This document shows positions 19,284-27,752 of a stretch of 64,000 bases of DNA, in pieces. Within the stretch, counting starts at the first letter, position 1, and every line of letters begins with the position of its first letter. The notes beneath the pieces are model-generated. The model saw only the letters and a list, made by a program, of their open reading frames with translations, searched no databases and was not told where the DNA came from. Where the stretch lies: IMG/VR virus record IMGVR_UViG_3300014202_001529; one strand, given 5' to 3'. The translations under genes were made by a program, and so were the position numbers. The stretch comes from a virus.

Positions 19284-21788
19284 TTAATAGATTTTACGAC
19301 TATAAACAGAATAACGATATACCGTAATAGTGTCACTTCCGCTTACAGGCTCAATTCGTAGATCGAAAGTATCATCGGTGCTAACTGTTACGTTTACTTT
19401 AGGCAACGATACAACTCCATAAGTTCCAGTAGCTACTGTAATCCTTACTTTGGTAGAAGCAATTTCAGAACCTTCTTGGAATAAACTAACAAGATAATCT
19501 CCACCAGTTGTAGGAGTAAAACTAACGTTGCCTGTAATTTCAGTTTGACCGGAAGCTCCTATATAGGTAATAGTGCTTCCAGTTTGGGTAAACTCTGCGC
19601 TTACGTTTCCGGTAGGTGTACCGGGAGTGTCCCCATCAGGCAATTCAGGAGTTCCAGTAGTTACACTCGTAGAACCACCACTAATAGCAACTTCTCCCCA
19701 ATGTTCTACTGTTGAGATATAGGCTGTGTCTCTTGTACCTGTTACCTCTTGAATTGCAATACCAGAACCTCCTTTAAATACAACAGGAGTTCCGTTACTA
19801 TTATCTAATTGAAGAACATTCCCCGAACCAGACAAGCTAAGATTAGTAGGAACTAAATCTGCGGTATGAGCTACTGTAAATCTTGTACCAGATTGATTGG
19901 TAAATAGTAATCTTGCTCCCCCTGTTTCTGGTTCTAAGGTTAATGCTTGTGGTGTAGTTAATTGAACTCCATTGCTAAATTTGAAAGGAGCTAAAACAGA
20001 AGTACCAGCTTTTAAATGTAATCCAGCAGTAGGAGATGTAATCCCTAAGCCTACATTACCAGCAGGGTTAATAACCATATGAGCATTGTAAGAGCTGCCT
20101 CCATTTCCTACCTGAAACACGTCATTAGTGTAAGTTCTGATATGAGTTCCGCTTGTTGAAAGAGGAGCAGTGTCTACTGTGAATACAGTACCAGAAATCA
20201 CTTCTTTAACTGATCTATACGACATATTCGTACTGGTTGTTTCCAAGAGAGTAATCCCTTGTCCAACTGCTAAAGTTGCTACGGTTGAAGTAAGTGTTAT
20301 AGTATCAGATAAAGCAGTCCAATTGTTAGTTGTGGCCGTGTTATATCCCATTACTCTTATTTGTGGAATAATACCAAAACTAACTAAACCGCTACCTTGA
20401 GCAATAGTGGCTTTTTCAAAGTCACCATTTCCAACTCCAAGTAAAGCTGTACTGGCGCTTGATGAAATTAAAAGTCTTCCTATGGAGTAAGCATTGCTAT
20501 GCGCAGATGCAGCTTGATGGCCAAAAGCATAACCCCCATTACTACCGGCTGACAAATAACCAATTGCACAAGAAAAGCCTGTACCACCTAAACTGCCTCC
20601 ACCTCCAATCATTATACCATTTCCTCCTAAAGAAAAGCCGCTTCCTATGCCTATTCTTGTCTCCGCAGCAGTAGTAATCCCGGATTGGACATAAATCAAA
20701 TCTTGTTGATTAGACCCATGCCACGGAATCGGCCCTCTGACATTAAAATATGGCCTTCCTTGTAAAGCAGCAGTACTAAAGCCTATACCAAAATATCCTT
20801 TTGATGTAGTAGTTGTCGCAGGAGTAGTTGCGTAGGTTTGACCTTCAACTTCTATAAACGGAGGCCATTGTGGAGTCCCACTTGTAGCGGTTGTTGTATT
20901 TCTAAGAACAAGATTCTTTAAAGACCCATATGTTGCTCCTATTCCAGTAGCAGTCAATCTTAATCTTTGAGATTCATATTCAAAGTCAGAACTATACTTT
21001 AGCCTGCCAGTTGCTCCACTGTGAGCAACTTGATTTGGACTTCCAAGCCCGTCTGCTGTTTCAGATAAGATAACTGAATCAGGAAAACATATTGCAAGAG
21101 CAGCAATAGCTTCCGCCATGTTTGTTACAGGTACTCCGCAGATAGTATCAATTATAGCAACACTATCGGCATCCAAATCAAAACTCTCCCCACCTGTAAT
21201 ATTATTTACCCCTTCCGAAGTTGTGATGTTGAACAAAGGAACTGTCCCTACATCTTTAGAATAAGGCTTGACTGGGTTAATGATACTAATACCCCCTATT
21301 ACCTGTACAATTAAAACTTCACTTGTATCCGGACTTGGTAATAATCCGGCCCCTGTTGAATAATATTTCCCGTCAGGTAGTCCAAAGTTAGTTTCCACAA
21401 ATCCGCAGTAGACAATAATAAAGGAGTTGGCCGAAAGCGAGGATAAAACAATCCCGATTGCAAAAACCGTGTCCCCGTGAGGGATTTCAGCAAAGGCTGT
21501 TCCATTCCAGTAAACAGGATCAGAAGCGACAAAGCCATGCGAAGCCTGGGTAACCGTGTCTCTACAATATTCGTTTGCTCCCAACGCCCCTTTCAATTGT
21601 TGTAGTGTCAAATCCTGCGGAGTTGCCGATGATCCTGTCAAATTACCTTTTACGGTATTTGCAGGCATATCAGCCAGCCTGGCATTGTTGATCGTGGAGT
21701 CTTCCACGGGCACCACCACCCGTCTCCCCTGCTGCCCAAACGCCGAAAAGCCAGCCATAACAGCCAGCACAAGAATAAAAGATCGCAT
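19284..21788 (-). CDS. Fibre/spike-like protein with Sec signal peptide and YadA-head-like repeats
   Basis: MRSFILVLAVMAGFSAFG-QQ; LADMPANTVKGN fibre motif; AIGY..AG..G.YAFG..A repeats; GNVGLGITSP repeat. Confidence 0.65.
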   Translation of the reverse strand: MRSFILVLAVMAGFSAFGQQGRRVVVPVEDSTINNARLADMPANTVKGNLTGSSATPQDLTLQQLKGALGANEYCRDTVTQASHGFVASDPVYWNGTAFAEIPHGDTVFAIGIVLSSLSANSFIIVYCGFVETNFGLPDGKYYSTGAGLLPSPDTSEVLIVQVIGGISIINPVKPYSKDVGTVPLFNITTSEGVNNITGGESFDLDADSVAIIDTICGVPVTNMAEAIAALAICFPDSVILSETADGLGSPNQVAHSGATGRLKYSSDFEYESQRLRLTATGIGATYGSLKNLVLRNTTTATSGTPQWPPFIEVEGQTYATTPATTTTSKGYFGIGFSTAALQGRPYFNVRGPIPWHGSNQQDLIYVQSGITTAAETRIGIGSGFSLGGNGIMIGGGGSLGGTGFSCAIGYLSAGSNGGYAFGHQAASAHSNAYSIGRLLISSSASTALLGVGNGDFEKATIAQGSGLVSFGIIPQIRVMGYNTATTNNWTALSDTITLTSTVATLAVGQGITLLETTSTNMSYRSVKEVISGTVFTVDTAPLSTSGTHIRTYTNDVFQVGNGGSSYNAHMVINPAGNVGLGITSPTAGLHLKAGTSVLAPFKFSNGVQLTTPQALTLEPETGGARLLFTNQSGTRFTVAHTADLVPTNLSLSGSGNVLQLDNSNGTPVVFKGGSGIAIQEVTGTRDTAYISTVEHWGEVAISGGSTSVTTGTPELPDGDTPGTPTGNVSAEFTQTGSTITYIGASGQTEITGNVSFTPTTGGDYLVSLFQEGSEIASTKVRITVATGTYGVVSLPKVNVTVSTDDTFDLRIEPVSGSDTITVYRYSVYSRKIY

Positions 21789-21816
21789 ATAATTAGAGTT
21801 GATCATGTCAAGATAA

Positions 21817-23262
21817 TTAAGGTTTAATCTTTAAATTTCGATCGCCGGTGACGCGGTACACGCCGCCCGATGGAAGCCCCCCATCGGCATCTGCGGCAGC
21901 GTCGTTGGCATAGGATGGAATATCTGGGTGAATGACTAAATCGCCGCTGGCGTCCTGGTAGATGGCGTTCTTTTTCCAGAAAACAAACCCGTCTAAATCT
22001 GAACCTATTACATCAGAAACAGTCCCTTGAAGACCAAGCGAATCATAAATTTTCCCTTTAAAATAGGAGTCGCCGTTGACTGAAAAAAATACGCCAGGAC
22101 CGCGAGTAGCTGGTGTGGTTATGGGGGGCACAGTAGCGCCAATTCTGAACGTTGTAATGGAATCAAAATAAGTCACGTTAGCTTGTAGCTGGATAGCCAA
22201 ATTTCCAGATTGTGTGTAAAGCCAGAATCTCGGAGGGTTAGGCGCAGCGCTGGTAACTGTATTAAAAGTAATAGCTGGCTGCCCGCCCATCGTCCACCGA
22301 AGTACGCTGCCTCCAGGGCTTTCTATGTGCACATTAGCAGTAGGTACTTGCAGGCCAATGCCAACTTTTCCAGTGTGGTAAATGTCCTGCGTGATGTTGG
22401 ATGGGATGGTGTTTGCCGTGCCGGAAACATACCAGTCTGCATCACCGCTACCCGCGTTGATTGGGTAGTTGTCCACATCCCCATTGTAATACTCCACCCG
22501 CAGCGTCGTATCCCCTGGAGTGGTTACCGAAATGACCGGATTGTTGATGACCGGGCTCCCCCCCGGCCCAAACGAAACCACCAATTCCGGCACATCAAAA
22601 TATGCCTTATCCGTCCCGAACGTTCGGAAACCAAAAATGGCGTAGGTGCTGTCCGGAGTGGTCCCGAAGGTGCCGTTGTCCTGAAGGAAATAGTCATTGC
22701 CTTCCGGGCGCCCATGCGCCCAGGTGAGCCAGCCTTCGTTTTGGATCACAAAGGTGTTGGCATCTATGACCTGGCTGATGAACGCAACCGGGAAACTATC
22801 CGGTTCGGAAGCACTGGCCGGGAAGTAATCGCCGTTTCCGGGTTCCTGGCCGACCATCGTGCCAGCAAAAAAACCGTGCCCCGTTTGGGTGATGGTGTCT
22901 CCACCTACGAAAGCCTGTATGATCTGTTGGATATTCGAGCCAGCCGTGAAGGTGTTGCCGCCAATGGTGATGTTGGCCGTGGTGAAAATGTTGTCAGCCT
23001 GGGCATTGATGATGGTTGTGTCGCCGCTGATGGCGTAGGTATAGGTACCGTCGCCGTTGTCGGTCAGAGTGCCACCTCCACCGGTGCCCGGGGGAAGTAC
23101 GTCAATCAGCCGGCGAAACTGAAGCTCGCCAAGGCTGTCAGAGTAGAGGATGTAGGCGCTATCCGGCGCCACATAAATCTGCTTCGCCGGGTTGATGCGG
23201 CGTTGTGCGGTCAAGGCCGTCACGGTGAGCAAAAGAGCGAGTATGGTGAAAAGTTTCTTCAT
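21817..23262 (-). CDS. Fibre/spike-like protein with Sec signal peptide
   Basis: MKKLFTILALLLTVTALTA-QR; LTDNGDGTYTY and GKVGIGLQVP repeats; shares a TQxxHGF...NxFxI domain with the neighbouring fibre. Confidence 0.65.
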   Translation of the reverse strand: MKKLFTILALLLTVTALTAQRRINPAKQIYVAPDSAYILYSDSLGELQFRRLIDVLPPGTGGGGTLTDNGDGTYTYAISGDTTIINAQADNIFTTANITIGGNTFTAGSNIQQIIQAFVGGDTITQTGHGFFAGTMVGQEPGNGDYFPASASEPDSFPVAFISQVIDANTFVIQNEGWLTWAHGRPEGNDYFLQDNGTFGTTPDSTYAIFGFRTFGTDKAYFDVPELVVSFGPGGSPVINNPVISVTTPGDTTLRVEYYNGDVDNYPINAGSGDADWYVSGTANTIPSNITQDIYHTGKVGIGLQVPTANVHIESPGGSVLRWTMGGQPAITFNTVTSAAPNPPRFWLYTQSGNLAIQLQANVTYFDSITTFRIGATVPPITTPATRGPGVFFSVNGDSYFKGKIYDSLGLQGTVSDVIGSDLDGFVFWKKNAIYQDASGDLVIHPDIPSYANDAAADADGGLPSGGVYRVTGDRNLKIKP

Positions 23263-23268
23263 GGCCGT

Positions 23269-23661
23269 TTAGCTGAATATTTGATATTTGACAAAGATGT
23301 TGGCGGCAATTCGGGGTGCAGTGAAAACAATGGTATCCACCGCAGCACCAGCGCCATACGTGACCGAAAAATCCAGAATGGGATAGTCGTCTACCCCTTC
23401 TGTTTTCACCGCCATAAGCGCCAGGTTGGTTGGTAGTTTTCCGCCGTTGACGCCGATGGGCACGGGCAGGTTGGTGCCGGAAAAGTTCTCTTCGACAAAA
23501 TAGAAAGCGCCGGTAAGCACGCCGGATATGCCAACAATTTGTGATGGGTGAACCCTGACGACTTTCCCGTTGGTCAGCTCCAATACAAGCCAATCCCCAT
23601 TGCTTAGCGCAATGTCCGGATCGGTTAATGCTGAAGGCTTATTTCCCGTAATATTGCACAT
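23269..23661 (-). CDS. Small beta-rich putative structural protein
   Basis: 130 aa with alternating hydrophobic strands. Confidence 0.55.
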   Translation of the reverse strand: MCNITGNKPSALTDPDIALSNGDWLVLELTNGKVVRVHPSQIVGISGVLTGAFYFVEENFSGTNLPVPIGVNGGKLPTNLALMAVKTEGVDDYPILDFSVTYGAGAAVDTIVFTAPRIAANIFVKYQIFS

Positions 23662-23673
23662 GTGCTGAGCGTA

Positions 23674-24081
23674 TTACACAAAGGCGATATAGTTGCCTAA
23701 GTGGTCCATTAAAAAATGATTCTGGTGCGTCATGATGGCGTTGGTCAGACCGGTTGCCGGTTCTACGTTTGCGTATCCAGCACAGTCCAACACGTCCATC
23801 TCGACGTTTATGTTCTCGTAAATTTCAAATCCAGGGGGGAAGGTTTTGACCACCGCAATGGGGAATGGCGTGTTGAGCGTGAAAGCCCCCGAAACGCCGT
23901 CTACTTCCAAAAAGGCAATGTCGCTGATGCTGTTGATGGCGTTTTTTGTTCCGGCCAGGGTGACGGTGCCTTCGTTGGCGCCCGCATCCGTGAACCTGAA
24001 GGTGACCTGAATGGGGTCACTCAGGTCGCAGTTGGGTGCGACGACTTTGCATATCTGAAGGCTTATTTTGACGTTTGCCAT
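23674..24081 (-). CDS. Small beta-rich putative structural protein (vertex/penton candidate)
   Basis: 135 aa, predominantly beta pattern; position between capsid candidate and fibres. Confidence 0.5.
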   Translation of the reverse strand: MANVKISLQICKVVAPNCDLSDPIQVTFRFTDAGANEGTVTLAGTKNAINSISDIAFLEVDGVSGAFTLNTPFPIAVVKTFPPGFEIYENINVEMDVLDCAGYANVEPATGLTNAIMTHQNHFLMDHLGNYIAFV

Positions 24082-24093
24082 TGGGTGCTGGTT

Positions 24094-24417
24094 TTAGGTG
24101 ATTGGGACGAATCCAAAACCGGGTGTGGGAATGGTACGGCATTCGGTAGCGTAGGTGGCAAAGTTGTCGTAGCTCGCTTGCACGCAGATGATGTCGCCGT
24201 TTTCGAGTTCCACGGTATACTCGATCTGGTTGGTGCCGGTGTTTGGTTCGCCGGCAGTGGTTTCAATCACGATGCCGTCTCGGGTGATGACCACGCGCAC
24301 ATCGTCGCCGATGCTGCCGGTGCTGTCCACTGTCAGGCCGTCGCCGTCGTAGCCTTCGTTTTGAGCGAAAGGCAAAGGCCCAGAACTGCCAAAAACCCGA
24401 CTGCAACTAAAACTCAT
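24094..24417 (-). CDS. Small beta-rich putative structural protein
   Basis: 107 aa from MSFSC; Ig- or jelly-roll-like strand pattern. Confidence 0.5.
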   Translation of the reverse strand: MSFSCSRVFGSSGPLPFAQNEGYDGDGLTVDSTGSIGDDVRVVITRDGIVIETTAGEPNTGTNQIEYTVELENGDIICVQASYDNFATYATECRTIPTPGFGFVPIT

Positions 24418-24494
24418 ATTCGTGGAAATTAAAAATGGCCTTGCCCGAAACAAGTCAAGCAAGGCCATTTATGTGTTAGCAATTACTTGCTGTA

Positions 24495-24635
24495 TTAAGC
24501 GATTCGCTTAGAAACCACTACTGCGACCAGTGTACCGATTACGATTCCAAGGAATAAGGCCGCGCCAATCGAGATTCCGAGGTAGGTAGCGGATGTCTTG
24601 TCCAAGGAGAAATTAATGTCCATCAAGCCTCCCAT
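24495..24635 (-). CDS. 46-aa single-TM microprotein (not in ORF track)
   Basis: MGGLMDINFSLDKTSATYLGISIGAALFLGIVIGTLVAVVVSKRIA. Confidence 0.7.
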   Translation of the reverse strand: MGGLMDINFSLDKTSATYLGISIGAALFLGIVIGTLVAVVVSKRIA

Positions 24636-24638
24636 AGT

Positions 24639-24776
24639 TTATTCAGTTTTGCCAGTTGTATCGGTAAGCAATTTTTCAAGTTGCTTTTCCTGAATTTTCA
24701 TAGTGAAGTAGTCAGCCACAACACTTGCGAGTACGATGACGAGGAATAATATTCCCCATTCTTGCCAGTTTTTCAT
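24639..24776 (-). CDS. 45-aa single-TM microprotein (not in ORF track)
   Basis: MKNWQEWGILFLVIVLASVVADYFTMKIQEKQLEKLLTDTTGKTE. Confidence 0.7.
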   Translation of the reverse strand: MKNWQEWGILFLVIVLASVVADYFTMKIQEKQLEKLLTDTTGKTE

Positions 24777-24777
24777 G

Positions 24778-24903
24778 TCACTCTTTGATTTGAGCAGTTT
24801 CATCGAGCTTTTTGTTGACGTGATACGTCACATAAGCTCCAATAACTGCAAGAATTACGTTGATGGCGATGAAGCCCACAATGAATTGCCAGGTAACTTT
24901 CAT
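24778..24903 (-). CDS. 41-aa single-TM microprotein (not in ORF track)
   Basis: MKVTWQFIVGFIAINVILAVIGAYVTYHVNKKLDETAQIKE. Confidence 0.7.
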   Translation of the reverse strand: MKVTWQFIVGFIAINVILAVIGAYVTYHVNKKLDETAQIKE

Positions 24904-24905
24904 CG

Positions 24906-25082
24906 TTATGCCGGTTTACAGTTGAAGTACTCGCCTTTGAACACCAATGGGTAACCGGATTCTTCTTCCTCGTTGCCTTTGAACAGGCGCTTGATTCCGC
25001 CTACTACAAGCGACAACAGGATGATGACGCCAACAAAGGCGACCACATAAATCCCGTATTGTACCCATTTCTTGTTGTCCAT
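24906..25082 (-). CDS. 58-aa single-TM microprotein (not in ORF track)
   Basis: MDNKKWVQYGIYVVAFVGVIILLSLVVGGIKRLFKGNEEEESGYPLVFKGEYFNCKPA. Confidence 0.7.
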   Translation of the reverse strand: MDNKKWVQYGIYVVAFVGVIILLSLVVGGIKRLFKGNEEEESGYPLVFKGEYFNCKPA

Positions 25083-25088
25083 CGCTGG

Positions 25089-25304
25089 TTACTTCTTGCC
25101 GTAAGAATAGGCTTTCGCAATAGCGCCAGCCGTACTGTCGGTTTGGTTGCCGGAAGTGCCTCCTACAGGATCTCCTCCAGTTCCAGTGCCGCCACCTGCT
25201 TCATCCTTTTTCTTTTTGCGGTAGTAATAAACCGCAACGACGATACCTGCGACGAGCACAAGGACGATAATCCAAAATTTGTTCTTTGACCAGTTCATAG
25301 TCAT
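25089..25304 (-). CDS. Single-TM microprotein
   Basis: FWIIVLVLVAGIVVAVYYY followed by RKKKK and a Gly-rich tail. Confidence 0.75.
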   Translation of the reverse strand: MTMNWSKNKFWIIVLVLVAGIVVAVYYYRKKKKDEAGGGTGTGGDPVGGTSGNQTDSTAGAIAKAYSYGKK

Positions 25305-25708
25305 TTCCTTTGTTGAAGAAGTCTAAAAATCAAAGCGATCATAAGCAGACAAAAAAGCACGAAAAGTATGCTTATCCAGTTCACGTTCATCTGCGAAAAC
25401 CATTTCCCTATTTGCACCTCCGGTTTATCCGAATGCTGCTTTTCGATCAGGTTTTGCAAGGTCGTCCGGTTGGATGATGCGGTCAGAAAATCTGCATTTT
25501 CGCCGTAAAAATCAACGGGCACACTTAGTACGTCAACCAAAAAAGCCTTTGCTTCCCGGTCTCCCATGCCACTCATGGCATCAATAATCACGGTGTATAA
25601 TTCATCCGGCATTAAATACTCCTGAAGAATCCCACGCGTCTGAAGCTTTTCAGCGACGGCAGTGGGATTGTTCAAGAGGATGGCGGAAATAAAATCTTGC
25701 AGGTTCAT
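25301..25708 (-). CDS. Membrane protein with C-terminal TM
   Basis: WISILFVLFCLLMIALIF followed by RLLQQRK. Confidence 0.75.
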   Translation of the reverse strand: MNLQDFISAILLNNPTAVAEKLQTRGILQEYLMPDELYTVIIDAMSGMGDREAKAFLVDVLSVPVDFYGENADFLTASSNRTTLQNLIEKQHSDKPEVQIGKWFSQMNVNWISILFVLFCLLMIALIFRLLQQRK

Positions 25709-25761
25709 ACAATTGCTTTTTCGCCGCTATTGCCTTGCGGCATGATGCCGACGAAAAAAAG

Positions 25762-26472
25762 CTAGTCGCGAGCGTAAGCCTGTACGAAGAAAGTCATGGT
25801 GATGACCATCCCGTGGTAGGCATTGAAAACCCAGGCGCAGTTGCGATCCACACGCGACTTCTCATCCGTCAGCGGGATGATGTACGTGTTGCGGTCGTAG
25901 TTGGCCGGGTCGTTGAAGTTGCCGAGTGGCAATTCATGCGACACTTTCTTCCGTGTGGTCATGTTGTAGCAGATGATCCGCTCCTGGTACTGCATCAGTG
26001 CAGTCGCAGCGGCACCTGCCGCTGGCGCTACATCAATCTTCACGCCGCTGAACAGGTAAGTTTGTCCACACAGACCGGCAACCCAGCTGTTGTACAAGTT
26101 ACGGGCAGCAGTATTGACATACACGCTATTGGCTGGGAATGGCGTAGCCAAACCTTCATAAGCCTGGAAGTATTTGCCCTCATCGAAAAGGACGATTTGC
26201 TGCTGTGCGGAAGTGAGGCCGAGGGCAACCGTGTTTACTACAACCGTTACGCTGTCCTCAACAGCAATTCCTTCAGGGATGGACAAGTTAGCGATCGGTT
26301 GGCCAACAGGCACCTTTGCGCTTACGTTCATGCCGCGTTCGGGCAGGATGAGCTTTGTGCCTGCGCCTGGAACAAGCTTAGATGCCGTGCCGGGGAGTAG
26401 GTTAGAAGAAACCGCGTCCGAAGCCTGACGGTTCATTTTGGATCTGGTAAGCAATTGTTGGAAAGCACTCAT
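25762..26472 (-). CDS. Putative major capsid protein with jelly-roll-like fold
   Basis: 236 aa from MSAFQQ: ~70-aa low-complexity N-arm, then about eight predicted beta strands (VTVVVN, QIVLFD, YLFSGVKIDV, RIICYN, HELPL, TYIIPL, AWVFNA, VITMTFFV). First gene after the ATPase-operon terminator and ahead of the membrane-protein run. Confidence 0.5.
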   Translation of the reverse strand: MSAFQQLLTRSKMNRQASDAVSSNLLPGTASKLVPGAGTKLILPERGMNVSAKVPVGQPIANLSIPEGIAVEDSVTVVVNTVALGLTSAQQQIVLFDEGKYFQAYEGLATPFPANSVYVNTAARNLYNSWVAGLCGQTYLFSGVKIDVAPAAGAAATALMQYQERIICYNMTTRKKVSHELPLGNFNDPANYDRNTYIIPLTDEKSRVDRNCAWVFNAYHGMVITMTFFVQAYARD

Positions 26473-26622
26473 GGCAAAAATTTGTTTTGCGCGTTGTCGC
26501 GTTATAAACTTTGAATGCCCAAATTTTTGCATTCTGCCGGTTTGCGGTTTTTCAATACGCTTGAAAAAAATGCATTCCTATGGAATCTTTTCCATTTTTA
26601 TGGATAAAATACGATAAAAAAC

Positions 26623-26652
26623 AAAAAAGCCGGAACCAACAGGGTTCCGGCT
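26623..26652 (-). terminator. Intrinsic terminator after the ATPase operon
   Basis: AGCCGGAACC-5 nt-GGTTCCGGCT stem with a U-run on the minus strand. Confidence 0.8.
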
Positions 26653-26689
26653 CTAAATTCCGATTGAACGCATTACTAATGAAAAGTAA

Positions 26690-26977
26690 CTACACGTCTT
26701 CGTACCTAAATCTGATCGTAACCTCATCTCCTGACCGACGGAAAATCGTGATCAAGATGATGCGGGCTACCTCAATGGATACTTTTTTCTTCCGCTTTTG
26801 GTTCTCGTACAATTCTGAAAACCCCTCAACGGTATTTTTTAATAGCGATATTTCCTGGTTGTATAAGCCGGTATTACCTATGTTGAGCTTTTGCCTCAAC
26901 ACGGCTTTGAAAACGAAAGAACCGCAAGCGGGTACTTCGATGACTTTAGTTTCCTGTTCATTGTTTTGTTCACTCAT
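26690..26977 (-). CDS. Small basic hypothetical protein downstream of the ATPase
   Basis: 95 aa; ATGA overlap with the ATPase. Confidence 0.65.
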   Translation of the reverse strand: MSEQNNEQETKVIEVPACGSFVFKAVLRQKLNIGNTGLYNQEISLLKNTVEGFSELYENQKRKKKVSIEVARIILITIFRRSGDEVTIRFRYEDV

Positions 26978-27747
26978 ACCTCTACAATTTCATACGGCTG
27001 CACCAGGTAATTCGTTTCCTTTGCTTTTTCTACGCGCTGGTATGCCTGCCACAACCGTTCGGAGCAACTGTACCTACTTATCTGTTTGTAAGTAAGGTTA
27101 GTCTCTCCTGTCTTAAAGAGAATTATTTTCGCCAACATGTCGCTGCGTGAAAAAAACAGCGGCACCTTCATGAGCTGGTGGCACACGAAGAAAACCTCGA
27201 CGCCCCAGTTGCGGTGGTTGTTGATGATGTCAATCTGCCAATCAGGCGGATTAGCACGGACGTAGGTGGTCCACTCATCCAGAACCAACAATCCGTTTTT
27301 AAAATTTGTGGCGATGTAGGTGTACATGTGCTCAATGTTCCGGATGCCCCGGCACATGTAGCGCAATGCGCCGTTTTTCCAGAGGGGCTGGCCATTTCTG
27401 TCTTTTGCGGCCATCAGGTCAAGCGGATGCTCGAATTTTATGCCAAATTTTATGCGAAGTTGTTCGCACGCCTGCTCCACGGTAATGATGTCTGAAAATG
27501 CCCGGCTTCCGGACATATCGTGTATAAAAACTCGCGGCTGAACGTTTTCATACCGCGTGCTGAATTTGTCCAGATAGATGTCCACAGCATCGCGCAAAAA
27601 GGTAGATTTCCCTTGCCCTTTGCCGCCGATTATCAAATAAGCCTGATAATCGCGGGCGCCGGTCTGCTTTTCCTGCATAGCACGCAAAGTTCGCCCTGGC
27701 AATGGCTCCAGCCCTCTGTTCTCTCCTTCTTCTTTGCGCTTTGCCAT
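26974..27747 (-). CDS. FtsK/HerA-superfamily (A32/P9-like) packaging-type ATPase
   Basis: Walker A YLIIGGKGQGKST, Walker B LLVLDE, then NHRNWGVEVFFVCHQ (Arg finger plus Gln sensor). 257 aa, no TM, no nuclease domain. Confidence 0.8.
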   Translation of the reverse strand: MAKRKEEGENRGLEPLPGRTLRAMQEKQTGARDYQAYLIIGGKGQGKSTFLRDAVDIYLDKFSTRYENVQPRVFIHDMSGSRAFSDIITVEQACEQLRIKFGIKFEHPLDLMAAKDRNGQPLWKNGALRYMCRGIRNIEHMYTYIATNFKNGLLVLDEWTTYVRANPPDWQIDIINNHRNWGVEVFFVCHQLMKVPLFFSRSDMLAKIILFKTGETNLTYKQISRYSCSERLWQAYQRVEKAKETNYLVQPYEIVEV

Positions 27748-27752
27748 GTTGC

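Noticed and set aside
15799-23262. RHS toxin or diversity-generating retroelement target
   Set aside because: No YD/RHS core motifs, no reverse transcriptase, and no template/variable repeat pair seen.
22210-23436. 408-aa plus-strand ORF, and similar long antisense ORFs (23716-24432, 25735-26400, 36537-37283, 32376-32930, 62323-62919)
   Set aside because: They are shadows of well-supported minus-strand genes and have no motifs of their own.
26974-27747. Terminase large subunit or conjugative VirB4/VirD4
   Set aside because: It is too short, lacks a nuclease domain and TMs, and I recognise no portal, relaxase or other T4SS genes. Inovirus pI/Zot is also unlikely because there is no C-terminal TM and the genome is large with a DnaB module.
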